A stretch of DNA of 64,000 bases from Pseudomonadota bacterium (GCA_036154895.1 JAYZWD010000005.1:66334-130333), one strand, 5' to 3'; numbered from the stretch's first letter, positions 51,076 through 63,629 are shown. The notes: generated from the letters alone by a model not told the origin. Numbers and translations: made by a program.

Positions 51076-53388
51076 CTACTCGGCGGCGGCCAGCAGGGGG
51101 CCGGCCGGAATCACGCCTGCGGCATGGTCCTGGGCCGCCACCACCGCCACCGCGGTCATGTTGACGATGCCGCGCGTGGTGATCGCCGGGGTGATGACAT
51201 GGGCCGAGCGGGCCATGCCGATCAGCACCGGACCCACCGACATGCCCTCGGTCAGTTCCTTGACCATGTTGAAGGCGATGTTGGCCGCATCCATGTTCGG
51301 ACAGATCAGCACATTGGCATTGCCGGTCAGGGTGCAGTCGGGGTTGATCCGGTTGCGCACGGACTCGTTCAGCGCCGTGTCGCCCTTCATCTCGCCGTCG
51401 ATCTCCAGGTCCGGCGCGATCTCGCGCACGATCTCGAGGGCCTCGCGCATCTTCACCGACGAGTAGTCGTCGTTGTCGCCGAAGTTCGAATGGGCCAGCA
51501 GCGCCACCCTGGGCGTGATGCCGAAGCGATTGACCACCTCGGCGGTCATCACCGCCATCTCGGCGACTTCCTCGGCGGTCGGCTCGTCGGTGACGTGGGT
51601 GTCGGCGATGGCGATGGTGCCCTTGTCCATCACGACGATCTCGATGGCCGAGGGTTCGGAGACGCCACGGCGCAGGCCGATGATGTCGCGGACATACTGG
51701 ATGTGCCGGTCATAGCGTCCGACCAGGCCGCACAGCATGCCGTCGACGTCACCGCGCTTGGTCAGCAGGGCGGAGATGACGGTGGAATTGGTGCGGATCA
51801 GGTAGCGCGCCTCGTCCGGCGTGATGCCCTTGCGGCTCATGCACGCGCGGAGCGTCGACACCAGGCCGTCGATCTGGTCGTCGGCCTGCGGGTCGAAGAC
51901 CTCGATGTCCTTGCCGATCACCATGCGCAGGCCGAACCGCTCGATGCGGCGGGCGATGACGTCGCCCCGGCCGATCAGCACCGGCTTCGCCAGACCGTCG
52001 TCGCAGATCACCTGGGCGGCACGCAGCACGCGCTCCTGCTCGCCGTCGGCATAGGCGATCCGCTTCGGATCGGCCTTGGCGCGGTCGAACAGCGGCTTCA
52101 TGGCGAAGCCGGTCTTGTAGACGTACTGGTTCAGCCTGGCGCGATAGGCCGCCATGTCCTCGATCGGGCGCTTCGCCACGCCCGAATCCATCGCGGCCTG
52201 GGCCACGGCCGAGGAGACCTCGACGATCAGGCGCGGGTCGAACGGCTTCGGGATGATGTAGTCGGGTCCGAAGGACAGGCTTTCCACGCCATAGGCGCGC
52301 GCCACGACGTCGGAGACCTCCTGCATCGTCAGGTCGGCGATGGCCTTGGTCGCCGCGACCTTCATCTCCTCGTTGATGGTGGTGGCGCCGCAGTCCAGCG
52401 CGCCACGGAACAGGAACGGGAAGCACAGGACATTGTTGACCTGGTTCGGGTAGTCCGACCGGCCGGTGGCGATGATCGCGTCGGCGCGGGCGGCGCGGGC
52501 CTCCTCCGGCTTGATCTCCGGGTTCGGGTTGGCCAGCGCCATGATGATCGGCTTGTCGGCCATGGTTGCGACCATCTCGCCCGAAAGCGTGCCGGGGCCG
52601 GAGACGCCCACGAAGACGTCCGCGCCCTTCACCGCCTCGGCGATGGTGCGCGCCCCGGTCTCGACGGCCCAGTACTGCTTGTACTTGTCCATCTTCTCCG
52701 TGCGGCCCTTGTAGATGGGGCCGGAGCGGTCGCAGACCGTGATGTTCTCCTTGGTGACGCCCAGCGAGACGATCAGCGCCATGCAGGCCTGGGCCGCCGC
52801 ACCGGCGCCCGAGCAGACCACCTTGATGTCGGCCAGCTGCTTGCCGACCAGGCGGGTGGCGTTGTAGATCGCGGCGCCGACGCAGATCGCGGTGCCGTGC
52901 TGGTCGTCATGGAACACCGGGATGCCCATGCGCTCGCGGCACAGGCGCTCGATCTCGAAGCAGGCCGGCGCGGCGATGTCTTCCAGGTTGATGCCGCCGA
53001 AGGTCGGCTCCAGCGCCGCCACGACCTCGACCACCTTCTCGACGTCATGCGCGTCGATCTCGATGTCGAAGACGTCGATGCCGGCGAACTTCTTGAACAG
53101 GACCGCCTTGCCCTCCATCACCGGCTTCGAGGCCAGCGGGCCGATATTGCCCAGGCCCAGCACGGCGGTGCCGTTGGAGACGACCGCGACCAGGTTGCCG
53201 CGCGCCGTCAGGTTGGCGGCCTCCAGCGGGTCCTCGTGGATCGCCATGCAGGCGGCGGCGACACCGGGGCTGTAGGCCAGCGACAGGTCACGCTGGTTGG
53301 CCATCTTCTTGGTCGGCTGGATGGCCAGTTTGCCAGGCGTCGGATAGCGGTGGTAGTCCAGCGCCATCTTGTTCAGATCTTCGCTCAT
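51076..53388 (-). CDS. maeB: NADP-dependent malic enzyme with C-terminal PTA-like domain
   Basis: [46 protein letters not shown]; 770 aa. Confidence 0.96.
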   Translation of the reverse strand: MSEDLNKMALDYHRYPTPGKLAIQPTKKMANQRDLSLAYSPGVAAACMAIHEDPLEAANLTARGNLVAVVSNGTAVLGLGNIGPLASKPVMEGKAVLFKKFAGIDVFDIEIDAHDVEKVVEVVAALEPTFGGINLEDIAAPACFEIERLCRERMGIPVFHDDQHGTAICVGAAIYNATRLVGKQLADIKVVCSGAGAAAQACMALIVSLGVTKENITVCDRSGPIYKGRTEKMDKYKQYWAVETGARTIAEAVKGADVFVGVSGPGTLSGEMVATMADKPIIMALANPNPEIKPEEARAARADAIIATGRSDYPNQVNNVLCFPFLFRGALDCGATTINEEMKVAATKAIADLTMQEVSDVVARAYGVESLSFGPDYIIPKPFDPRLIVEVSSAVAQAAMDSGVAKRPIEDMAAYRARLNQYVYKTGFAMKPLFDRAKADPKRIAYADGEQERVLRAAQVICDDGLAKPVLIGRGDVIARRIERFGLRMVIGKDIEVFDPQADDQIDGLVSTLRACMSRKGITPDEARYLIRTNSTVISALLTKRGDVDGMLCGLVGRYDRHIQYVRDIIGLRRGVSEPSAIEIVVMDKGTIAIADTHVTDEPTAEEVAEMAVMTAEVVNRFGITPRVALLAHSNFGDNDDYSSVKMREALEIVREIAPDLEIDGEMKGDTALNESVRNRINPDCTLTGNANVLICPNMDAANIAFNMVKELTEGMSVGPVLIGMARSAHVITPAITTRGIVNMTAVAVVAAQDHAAGVIPAGPLLAAAE

Positions 53389-53562
53389 GGTATCCCCCCT
53401 CGGTGCACTGACCGGCCCGTGCCCACTATCGGCCGAGGGGCCGAAAAATCAACCGCTCGCGGTCCTTATTGTCCCCGGATTGTCCCGACGCGTGTGATCC
53501 GTTACAAACCGCCGCCAGCATCCCCGCAACCCGTCGAACCCGTTCGCCAGAGGATCCCCGAC

Positions 53563-55245
<1,683 letters not shown>

Positions 55246-55260
55246 GGGGCACCCTGATCA

Positions 55261-55300
55261 GGCCCCGGAGCCGCCAGTCGGCTCCGGGGCCCTTTCGTTT
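55261..55300 (+). terminator. Rho-independent terminator after ettA
   Basis: GGCCCCGGAGCCG-ccagt-CGGCTCCGGGGCC, followed by CTTTCGTTT. Confidence 0.75.
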
Positions 55301-55312
55301 CCGTTGCCGTCC

Positions 55313-56902
55313 TCAGTAGCCCATCGCGCAGCCGTCCTTGCGCGGGTCGGAGCCGGCGGCCAGCGTGCCGTTGGCATGGTCGATCATGATCGCCTGCGCG
55401 CCGCCCCAGGGCATCTCCGGCGTGTTGCACGCGTGGCCGAGCGCCGCCAGCCCCTCGCGCACCGCCGCCGGCACCGAGCGCTCGACATCCAGCTTGCCGC
55501 CGACATGGAAGGTGCGCGGGCAGTCGATCGCCTCCTGCACGTCCATGCCGTAGTCGTAGATGTTGGTCAGCAGATGGGCGTGGCCGACCGGCTGGTAGCC
55601 GCCACCCATCACGCCGAACGACAGTTCGCAGCGTCCGTCCTTCAGCGCCATGCCGGGGATGATCGTGTGCAGCGGCCGCTTGCGGGGTGCCACGCAGTTC
55701 GGATGACCGGGCAGCACGCGGAAGCCGGCGCCCCGGTTCTGCAGCACCACGCCCGACTTCGGCGCCGTGATGCAGGAGCCGAAGGCGAAGTAGAGCGAGT
55801 TGATGAAGGAGACGCAGTTGAGGTCGCGGTCAACCACCGTCAGGTAGACGGTGTCCCGGTAGACCGGCCCGGTCGCCTTCGCCGGATCCTCCATGGCGCG
55901 GCCGAGCGAGATCTTCTTGCGCAGTTCGTCCGCCAGCCCGTCCGACAGCAGCAGGTCCACGGGCACCTCCGCATGGCGCGGGTCGGCCACGTACTTGTCG
56001 CGCTCCGCGAAGGCCAGCCGCGTCGCCTCGGCCTCGATGTGCAGGCGCTCGACGCTGACCGGGCCATAGGCCGACAGGTCGAAGCCCTTCAGGATGTTCA
56101 GCATCAACAGCGCCGTGACGCCCTGCCCGTTCGGCGGGATCTCCGTCACCTGGCGACCGGCATAGTCGCTGGAGATCGGCTCGACATAGTCGCAGCGCTG
56201 GGCCGCGAAGTCGTCGACGCTGTGTACCGCGCCCATGGCATTCAGGTGGGCGACGATGTCCTCCGCCACCGCGCCGGCATAGAACGCCTCCCGGCCGCGC
56301 GCGGCGATGCCCTTCAGCGTCGCCGCCAGTTCGGGCGAACGCCAGACCTGGCCAGCCGTCGGGCTGGCGCCGTCCCTCAGGTACTTCGCCGCCGTCGACG
56401 GGTCGATGGAGAGGCGCTTGATGTTGCGCGACCAGTCCACCGAGACACGCGGCGTGACTGCGAAGCCATGCTCGGCATAGTGGATCGCACGCTGCAGCAC
56501 CCGGTCGATGCCCAGGCGGCCATGGTCGGCCAGCAGCCGGCACCAGGCGTCCACGGCACCCGGCACCGTCACCGAATGCGGGCTTTCCAGTGCGATGGAA
56601 TTGATGCCCTGGCCCAGCAGGTGCTCGGCGGTCAGCGCGGCCGGGGCGTGTCCGGAGCCGTTCAGGCCGATCACCGGCCCCTGCGCGCCCTTCTGCAGCA
56701 GCACGAAGCAGTCACCGCCGATACCGGTCGACATCGGCTCCACGACACACTGCACCGCGCAGGCGGCGACGGCCGCGTCGATGGCGTTGCCGCCGGCCTG
56801 CAGGATCTCCATGGCCGCGAGCGTCGAGAACGGGTGCGAGGTCGCCGCCGCACCGTTGGTGGCATGGACGACCGATCGGCCGGGCTGCTGCAGGTCGCGC
56901 AT
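55313..56902 (-). CDS. ggt: Gamma-glutamyltransferase family protein
   Basis: [27 protein letters not shown], the autoprocessing Thr (DTVYL), [18 protein letters not shown]. No signal peptide. Confidence 0.92.
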   Translation of the reverse strand: MRDLQQPGRSVVHATNGAAATSHPFSTLAAMEILQAGGNAIDAAVAACAVQCVVEPMSTGIGGDCFVLLQKGAQGPVIGLNGSGHAPAALTAEHLLGQGINSIALESPHSVTVPGAVDAWCRLLADHGRLGIDRVLQRAIHYAEHGFAVTPRVSVDWSRNIKRLSIDPSTAAKYLRDGASPTAGQVWRSPELAATLKGIAARGREAFYAGAVAEDIVAHLNAMGAVHSVDDFAAQRCDYVEPISSDYAGRQVTEIPPNGQGVTALLMLNILKGFDLSAYGPVSVERLHIEAEATRLAFAERDKYVADPRHAEVPVDLLLSDGLADELRKKISLGRAMEDPAKATGPVYRDTVYLTVVDRDLNCVSFINSLYFAFGSCITAPKSGVVLQNRGAGFRVLPGHPNCVAPRKRPLHTIIPGMALKDGRCELSFGVMGGGYQPVGHAHLLTNIYDYGMDVQEAIDCPRTFHVGGKLDVERSVPAAVREGLAALGHACNTPEMPWGGAQAIMIDHANGTLAAGSDPRKDGCAMGY

Positions 56903-57054
56903 CGCGCTGCTCCTTGTTGTTCTTCATTCGCGGCCTTGGCGGCCAGAAAAACTATCTACATGCCTTGTCGCGCGTGTGCGAGCGTGGCCTTCCGCACGCA
57001 CCTGCCCTTGGCTACAAGAGGCCAAACACAAGCACCGCACGCGGAGGGCGCCCG

Positions 57055-58227
57055 ATGATCCCGAACCAGTTCCCGAGCCTGGATTTCAACCTGGGCGAGA
57101 CCGCCGACATGATTCGCGACACGGTGCTGAGCTTTTCCGCCGATCGCATCGCGCCGCGCGCCGACGAGATCGACCGCACCAACACCTTCCCGCGCGATCT
57201 CTGGCCGGAAATGGGTGCGCTCGGCCTGCTCGGCATGACGGTGGAGGAGGAATTCGGCGGCTCTGGCCTGGGCTATCTCGAGCACGTGGTGGCGATGGAG
57301 GAGATCAGCCGCGCCTCCGGCTCGGTCGGCCTGTCCTACGGCGCGCACTCCAATCTCTGCGTCAACCAGATCCGGCTGAACGGATCGCAGGCGCAGAAGG
57401 AGCGCTACCTGCCGAAGCTGGTCTCGGGCGAGCATCTGGGCGCGCTGGCCATGTCCGAACCGGGCGCCGGCTCCGACGTCGTTTCCATGAAGCTCCGCGC
57501 CGAGCGCAAGGGCGACCGTTTCGTGCTCAACGGCAACAAGTTCTGGATCACCAACGGCCCCACCGCCGACGTGCTGGTGGTCTATGCCCGCACCGAGCCC
57601 GACGCCGGCCCGCGCGGTATCACCGCCTTCCTGATCGAGAAAGGCTTCAAGGGGTTTTCCACGGCCCAGAAGCTGGACAAGCTCGGCATGCGCGGCTCGG
57701 ACACCGGCGAGCTGGTGTTCGAGGACTGCGAGGTGCCGGCCGAGAACGTGCTGGGCAAGCTGAACGAGGGCGTGCGCGTCCTGATGTCCGGCCTGGACTA
57801 CGAGCGCGCGGTGCTGGCCGCCGGCCCGCTCGGCATCATGCAGGCCTGCATGGACGTGGTGATGCCCTACGTGCACGAGCGCAAGCAGTTCGGCACCCCC
57901 ATCGGCGAGTTCCAGCTCATGCAGGGCAAGATCGCCGACATGTACACGACGATGAACGCCTGCCGCGCCTACGTCTATTCGGTGGCGCGCGCCTGCGACC
58001 GGGGCGAGGTCACCCGCTACGACGCCGCCGGCTGCATCCTCTATGCCGCCGAGAAGGCCACCTGGATGGCGCTGGAGGCGATCCAGGCGCTGGGCGGCAA
58101 CGGCTATATCAACGACTACCCGACCGGCCGCTACTTGCGCGACGCCAAGCTCTACGAGATCGGCGCCGGCACCTCGGAAATCCGTCGCATGCTGATCGGC
58201 CGCGAGCTTTTCCAGAAGAGCGCCTGA
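57055..58227 (+). CDS. ivd: Isovaleryl-CoA dehydrogenase
   Basis: [58 protein letters not shown]. Confidence 0.94.
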   Translation: MIPNQFPSLDFNLGETADMIRDTVLSFSADRIAPRADEIDRTNTFPRDLWPEMGALGLLGMTVEEEFGGSGLGYLEHVVAMEEISRASGSVGLSYGAHSNLCVNQIRLNGSQAQKERYLPKLVSGEHLGALAMSEPGAGSDVVSMKLRAERKGDRFVLNGNKFWITNGPTADVLVVYARTEPDAGPRGITAFLIEKGFKGFSTAQKLDKLGMRGSDTGELVFEDCEVPAENVLGKLNEGVRVLMSGLDYERAVLAAGPLGIMQACMDVVMPYVHERKQFGTPIGEFQLMQGKIADMYTTMNACRAYVYSVARACDRGEVTRYDAAGCILYAAEKATWMALEAIQALGGNGYINDYPTGRYLRDAKLYEIGAGTSEIRRMLIGRELFQKSA

Positions 58228-58276
58228 GGCCGGAGATCGCCCATTCAAGGTTGCATGAACGGCATGTCTATCTATC

Positions 58277-58987
58277 ATGTCATTCATGCACAGCCTGGCC
58301 TTCATCCTGCTGCCACGCGACGACGACGCGGATGCCAGACATGGCGTCGACGGCCGGGCGTGGATCGCGACATCGAAATGGGCGACGTATGACCCGGACA
58401 GTTCGCTGCCCGAGGAACAACGACGCTTCGACTACCTGTCTCCGGGCGGGCGGTTCATGGACATGTTCCTGCCCGATGACTACGACCCGGCGGCCGATCC
58501 GGCCAACTACCTGACCTGCTCCCGTTGCGACGGCGCGGGGCGGCGACCGGTACCGCCGAAGCGCAGCCTGTTCGGGCTGTTCCGGTCCAGGCAGGCGGAG
58601 CAGCCGGAATTCCGGGCCTGTGAAAGTTGCCGCGGCGCGGGCAAGGTGGCGGACCCGAAATGGCTCGAACGCTTCCCGCCGGAGACGGCACGGATGACCG
58701 TCGAAGAGTTCAGGACCTGGATCGCGAAGCGCGGACTGAGCATCGCGGCGTGGATCCGCAACGACGAGGCCTGGCTGGAAAACTGGGAGATGCCGGGCGA
58801 GACCGGGGACGAGCGGGACGCGGCGCTCAGGGCCATTGTCGAGGCTGACCTCGCCACCGCGAACCCGGACGACTGGGTGATCGGCCTCGACTTCCACATG
58901 ATCTACCCCGACGACCACCCGGTGATGATCGAGGCCCGACGCCAGCTGAAGCCCGGCGAAAGAATGGTCGAGATCGCGTTCGGCTGA
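58277..58987 (+). CDS. Hypothetical protein with two CxxCxGxG (DnaJ-type zinc finger) motifs
   Basis: CSRCDGAG and CESCRGAG. Protein-like composition. Start is 58277 or 58286. Confidence 0.75.
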   Translation: MSFMHSLAFILLPRDDDADARHGVDGRAWIATSKWATYDPDSSLPEEQRRFDYLSPGGRFMDMFLPDDYDPAADPANYLTCSRCDGAGRRPVPPKRSLFGLFRSRQAEQPEFRACESCRGAGKVADPKWLERFPPETARMTVEEFRTWIAKRGLSIAAWIRNDEAWLENWEMPGETGDERDAALRAIVEADLATANPDDWVIGLDFHMIYPDDHPVMIEARRQLKPGERMVEIAFG

Positions 58988-59185
58988 CGGACTGGCAGCG
59001 CTGCAATGCCGTCACGTCGTTCCAGGCTGGAACGTGAGTGCCCCTGCATCATCCCGGTCAAATGCCAGCTGGAATCCATGGCGCTCTCGCAGGCGGAACG
59101 GGCGCCGTGACACGCGGGGTGTGAGGCGCGCGGTCCCGCTGCGTCGAGAGTGGCGGCCCAAGACGAGGACATTGTGAATGCCGCC

Positions 59186-60778
59186 TCAGTCGAAGCGGCG
59201 GAAGTCCATCAGGCCGTCGCGGCGGACCTGCTCGACCAGCCCGACCTCCCAGGTCAGGTAGTCCTCCATGGCCTGGTGGACGCCGCCGGCATGGTCGTAG
59301 GGCTTCCACCAGACGTCGTCGGTGGCGCTGATGGCGTTGTCGATGCCGCTCTCCAGCGGCAGGCCCGCCGTGCGCCACGCATCGGTGCCGCCCTCCAGCA
59401 CCCGGATCACCAGGTCCGGCCGTGCCCGGCGCAGGTCGTGGGCGGCATAGTGCGCCAGCAGCGCGTCGGGCGAGGTCAGCAGCACCAGCCCGGCATGGGC
59501 AAGCTTCAGGATCTCGTGGCTCAGGCGGCTGCGGATGGCGAACCAGGCGCCGGGAATGTGGCCGCGCCTGAAGGTCAGGCTGTCGGCAAGGTCGACCAGC
59601 ACCGCCGGCTCGCCGCTGTCCAGCACCGCCTGGCACTCGAACGGCGACAGCGTCTCGAAGGGCTCGAACAGCTCCGGCACCGCAACGCGGTCCCCGGTCT
59701 CGGGCGCGTCCGGCTGTTCGGCCAGTACATGCACATCGCTCCAGCCCATCTGGATGAGCCAGGAGGCGGTCATGGTGGCGCGTACCGCGTCCGGCCCGTC
59801 GGCCAGCACGATCCGCGCGCCGCGCACGCCGACATATTCGTCGGTGGCCTGGACAAGCTGCCCGCCCGGTGCATGGCGCGCGCCGGGCCAGTGGCCGGCG
59901 CGGTATTCCTCGACCGTGCGCACGTCCAGCAGGAAGGTCGTGCGGCCGGCCGCGGTCAGCCAGCCAGCGACGGTCGCCGCGTCGGTGCGGCGGACCCCGA
60001 AACGCCGCGCCACGGCCGCCGCCCGGTCCATCGCGGCCTGCAGCGCCGGGCCCTCGGGGGCCGGGGCATGCTCCGTCTCGCCGCGTGCGCAGGTCAGGCC
60101 CGACAGCTCCCAGCCCATGGTGCCGTTCTTCAGCGCCATGATCCGGTTGGGCAGGCCGGCATTGATCAGCGACTGCGCACCGATGATGGAGCGGGTGCGG
60201 CCGGCGCAGTTGACCACGATGGTGGTCGTCGGGTCCGGCGCCATCAGCCCGGCGCGAAAGGCCAGCTCGGCGCCGGGGCAGTCGACGCCGCCCGGGATCG
60301 ACATGCGGTTGAACTCGGCCATCGGGCGGCTGTCCAGGACCACCAGGTCGGCGCCGTCGGCCTGCATGCGGGCCAGGTCCTGCGCCTCGATGCGCGGGGT
60401 GTCGTAGTGGTGCTCGACGAACTCGCCGAAGGCCTTGGATGGCACGTTGACGCCGGAGAAGCATTCAAGCCCCTCGGCACGCCAGCCGGCCATTCCACCG
60501 GTCAGCTCCCACACATCCCGCCAGCCCATCTCGGCCAGCCGTCCCGCCGCCAGCGCGGCCAGCCCCTTGTCGCGCGGGCCGCCGTCGACCAGCACCACCG
60601 GCGTATCGCGCCGCGGCACCAGGTCGGGCATGCGGAACTCGATGCGGCTGAGCGGCATCGGCACGGCGAGCGAGATGTGATCGCGCGAGAACGCGCCTTC
60701 CTCACGGACGTCCAGCAGGGCGATCTCGCCGGGCTGGCGCAGCAGCGCGTGCAGCGCCTTCGCGTCGATGCGCCTCAT
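59186..60778 (-). CDS. Four-domain rhodanese-like sulfurtransferase
   Basis: Four rhodanese repeats (LLDVRE..HI, LDSRP..SIPG, LLDVRT..GHWPGA, LVDL..GHIPGA). Active loop CAGRTR in domain 2. ATGA overlap with the upstream gene. Confidence 0.88.
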   Translation of the reverse strand: MRRIDAKALHALLRQPGEIALLDVREEGAFSRDHISLAVPMPLSRIEFRMPDLVPRRDTPVVLVDGGPRDKGLAALAAGRLAEMGWRDVWELTGGMAGWRAEGLECFSGVNVPSKAFGEFVEHHYDTPRIEAQDLARMQADGADLVVLDSRPMAEFNRMSIPGGVDCPGAELAFRAGLMAPDPTTTIVVNCAGRTRSIIGAQSLINAGLPNRIMALKNGTMGWELSGLTCARGETEHAPAPEGPALQAAMDRAAAVARRFGVRRTDAATVAGWLTAAGRTTFLLDVRTVEEYRAGHWPGARHAPGGQLVQATDEYVGVRGARIVLADGPDAVRATMTASWLIQMGWSDVHVLAEQPDAPETGDRVAVPELFEPFETLSPFECQAVLDSGEPAVLVDLADSLTFRRGHIPGAWFAIRSRLSHEILKLAHAGLVLLTSPDALLAHYAAHDLRRARPDLVIRVLEGGTDAWRTAGLPLESGIDNAISATDDVWWKPYDHAGGVHQAMEDYLTWEVGLVEQVRRDGLMDFRRFD

Positions 60779-61371
60779 GCGGGCTCGGGCAGGTCGCGGA
60801 TGCCGTCGGAGGCCGGGAAGTACTTCCACTCGTTGGTCAGCGTCTTGTAGTAGCGCCGGCCATGCAACTGCTCCAGGCCCAGGCCGTACATGTGGAAGTT
60901 CAGCACCGGTCCCTTCGCGATGTGGATCGAGTGCAGGTCCTCGGGCATCAGCGCCACGCCGGTGCCGGTGGTGACCACGGCGCTGTCGACCTCGACCACG
61001 CCCTCGTCCGCGTCCTTGCGGTAGAAGCGGTTCAGTTCCTCGCCGTCGATGCCGACGATCACCGCCCAGGTGGTGTGGTCGTGCGCGGGGCTGTTGGTAT
61101 CGCCCTCGGAGCGCTGGGCATAGAGCGCGAAGCGGTGGTCGGCATCCTCCGACAGGCGGTAGAGCGCGTTGTTGCGCTTGCCGTCCTTCTCCGGCGCCGG
61201 GAAGTCGTCCAGCGGGAACAACTCGCGCTGTGCCGCCAGGTCCAGCAGGGTGGCGCGGATGGCGCCCAGCGACTCCCGCGTGACGCCCTTGTCCCGTTCA
61301 ATGGCCCGGACCGCCGAGACAGCTTCGGCGATGGCGGCCTTGCGCGCGTCGGCGCGTTCTGCAGGTGTCAT
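60775..61371 (-). CDS. Cysteine dioxygenase-family (thiol dioxygenase) cupin
   Basis: SPAHDHTTWA..G..G.E.N, DLHSI (3-His iron site) and HMYG. Confidence 0.85.
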   Translation of the reverse strand: MTPAERADARKAAIAEAVSAVRAIERDKGVTRESLGAIRATLLDLAAQRELFPLDDFPAPEKDGKRNNALYRLSEDADHRFALYAQRSEGDTNSPAHDHTTWAVIVGIDGEELNRFYRKDADEGVVEVDSAVVTTGTGVALMPEDLHSIHIAKGPVLNFHMYGLGLEQLHGRRYYKTLTNEWKYFPASDGIRDLPEPA

Positions 61372-62555
61372 GATGCTCCCCCGATCCCGGCGACCGCACG
61401 CACGAAGCGGTCAATCTCCGCTTCGGTATTGTAGTAATGAACCGAGGCGCGGACGAGGTCGGAAATGCCCCGCCGCTCCATGTCGATGCGGGTCGAGACG
61501 ATGGTCGTTGTCGTGACGTTGATGCGCCTGACCGCCAGCAGCCGCTTGATCTCCTCCGGCGCGTGGCCGTCCAGCGCGAAGGTGACGATGCCGCATTTGC
61601 GCTTGCCGAGATCGTGCACCGACACGCCGGGTACCGCCGCCAGGCGCTGGCGCAGGGTCGCCGCCAGCATGGCCGTACGTTCGGCGATGGCGTCGATGCC
61701 CAGTTCCAGCATGTAGTCGACAGCGACGCCGAGGCCGATCTTGCCGGCCTCGTAGTTCTCCCAGTTCTCGTAGATGCGCGCGTCGGGGCGCCATTCGAAG
61801 CGGTCGGCGCCGGTCCATTCGGCCGCGTGCAGGTCGATCACCGTCGGGCGGAAGCGCTGCTGCGCCGACTTCCGGGCATAGAGGAAGCCGGTGCCCCGCG
61901 GCCCGCGCAGGTATTTCCGGCCCGTGACAGACAGGAAGTCACAGCCGATCCGCTCCACGTCCAGCGGCAGTTGCCCGGCCGACTGGCAGGCATCCAGCAG
62001 GTAGGGGATGCCGTGGCGTCGCGCGACGGCCCCGATGGCCTCCGCCGGGTTGACCAGCCCGCCATTGGTCGGCACGTGGGTGACGGCGATCAGCCCGACC
62101 CGGTCGTCGATCATGGCCTCCAGCGCCGCGACGTCGAGCTGGCCGTCCGCGTCGCTCGGCACCACGTCGACCTCCAGCCCCTCCTCGGCGCGGAGCTTCA
62201 GGTAGGTCAGGTAGTTGGAGGCATATTCCGCCTCTGCCGTCAGGATGCGCTGGCGCGGTTTCAGGGTCGCGGCAACGGCGAAGAAGGCCTGGTTCCACGC
62301 CACGGTCGCGTTCTCGACGATGGCCACCTCGTCGCGGTGGCAGTTGAGGTAGCGGGCGATGGCGTCATAGGCGCGCTCGATCCGGTCGCGCGCCCTGTCG
62401 GCCGCCTCGTAGCCGCCGATCGCCGCTTCCAGGTCCAGGTGTTCCTTCACGGCCTCCAGCACCGGACGCGGCATCAGTCCCGCGCCGGCATTGTTGAAGT
62501 GCAGCACGTGTTCGGTACCCGGCGTGTCCGCCCGGCAGGCCTGGACGTCGATCAT
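61368..62555 (-). CDS. PLP-dependent class V aminotransferase / C-S lyase
   Basis: HFNNAG, THVPTNGG.VNP, LDACQS.GQ, the PLP lysine (TGRKYLRGPRGTG), RASVHYYN. Confidence 0.88.
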   Translation of the reverse strand: MIDVQACRADTPGTEHVLHFNNAGAGLMPRPVLEAVKEHLDLEAAIGGYEAADRARDRIERAYDAIARYLNCHRDEVAIVENATVAWNQAFFAVAATLKPRQRILTAEAEYASNYLTYLKLRAEEGLEVDVVPSDADGQLDVAALEAMIDDRVGLIAVTHVPTNGGLVNPAEAIGAVARRHGIPYLLDACQSAGQLPLDVERIGCDFLSVTGRKYLRGPRGTGFLYARKSAQQRFRPTVIDLHAAEWTGADRFEWRPDARIYENWENYEAGKIGLGVAVDYMLELGIDAIAERTAMLAATLRQRLAAVPGVSVHDLGKRKCGIVTFALDGHAPEEIKRLLAVRRINVTTTTIVSTRIDMERRGISDLVRASVHYYNTEAEIDRFVRAVAGIGGAS

Positions 62556-62569
62556 CTGCGGCCCCCGGC

Positions 62570-63550
62570 CTAGCGGTGCCCCTTGACGCGGGAGGGGGCG
62601 TAGGGCGTGGCGATGGCCTTCATCTCCTCCGGCGAGAGCTTCAGGTCCAGCGCCGCCAGCGCGTCCTTCAGGTGACCCGGCTTGGAGGCACCGATGATCG
62701 GAGAGGTGATGGCGGGATTGGCCAGCACCCAGGCCAGCGCGACCTGCGCCATCGGCACGCCGCGCGCATCGGCCACCTTCGCCACCGCGTCCGCCACCGC
62801 GTAGTCCTCGTCGCGGCCGTACAGCGCCTTGGCGAACTCGTCCGAATCCGCCCGTGCGGTGTCACCCAGTGTCCGGTCGGCATGGCGGCGGGTCAGGAAG
62901 CCGCGCGCCATCGGGCTCCACGGGATCAGGCCGACGCCGGTCTCGACGCAGAACGGTATCACCTCCCGCTCTTCCTCGCGGTAGACGGCGTTGTAGTAGT
63001 TCTGCATCGAGACGAACCTGGTCCAGCCGTTGATTTCGGCCGTGTGCTGCATGGCGATGAACTGCCGTGCCCACATCGAGGAGGCGCCGATATAGCGGAC
63101 CTTGCCGGCCTTCACGCAGTCGTGCAGCGCCTCCATCGTCTCCTCGATCGGGGTCTCGGGATCGAAGCGATGGATCTGGTAGAGGTCGATATAGTCGGTG
63201 CCGAGGCGGCGCAGGCTGTTGTCGACGCCGGCCATGATGTGCTTGCGCGACAGGCCCTGGTCATTGGGCTCGTCGCTCATCCGGTTGAAGACCTTGGTGG
63301 CGATGACGACGCTGTCGCGCGGCGCCAGCTCCTTCAGGATCCTGCCGGTGACTTCCTCGGAGACGCCGACCGAGTACATGTCGGCGGTGTCGAAGAAGTT
63401 GATGCCGGCTTCCCAGGCCTCGACGAAGAAGGGGCGGGAGGCGGCCTCGTCCAGCACCCAGCGGCGCCAGCCCGGATCGCCATAGGTCATGCAGCCGAGG
63501 CAGAGGCGGCTGACCTTCAGGCCGGTCCTGCCCAGTCGTACGTAGTCCAT
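62570..63550 (-). CDS. Aldo/keto reductase (YajO-like)
   Basis: LGRTGLKVSRLCLGCM, FDTADMY, ATK, DLYQIHR, GKVRYIGASS, PWSPMA.G. Confidence 0.93.
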   Translation of the reverse strand: MDYVRLGRTGLKVSRLCLGCMTYGDPGWRRWVLDEAASRPFFVEAWEAGINFFDTADMYSVGVSEEVTGRILKELAPRDSVVIATKVFNRMSDEPNDQGLSRKHIMAGVDNSLRRLGTDYIDLYQIHRFDPETPIEETMEALHDCVKAGKVRYIGASSMWARQFIAMQHTAEINGWTRFVSMQNYYNAVYREEEREVIPFCVETGVGLIPWSPMARGFLTRRHADRTLGDTARADSDEFAKALYGRDEDYAVADAVAKVADARGVPMAQVALAWVLANPAITSPIIGASKPGHLKDALAALDLKLSPEEMKAIATPYAPSRVKGHR

Positions 63551-63629
63551 GATCCCGCGTCCTCCCGTCGTTTGCTGGCGGGATCATCGCGGAGCGGGGC
63601 AGGGACGTCCAGTGCGGGGGCGGCGCGCC

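Noticed and set aside
58988-59185. Riboswitch or known ncRNA in the hairpin-rich spacer
   Set aside because: It lies between convergent 3' ends. The short inverted repeats match no family I recognise and are expected at this GC content.
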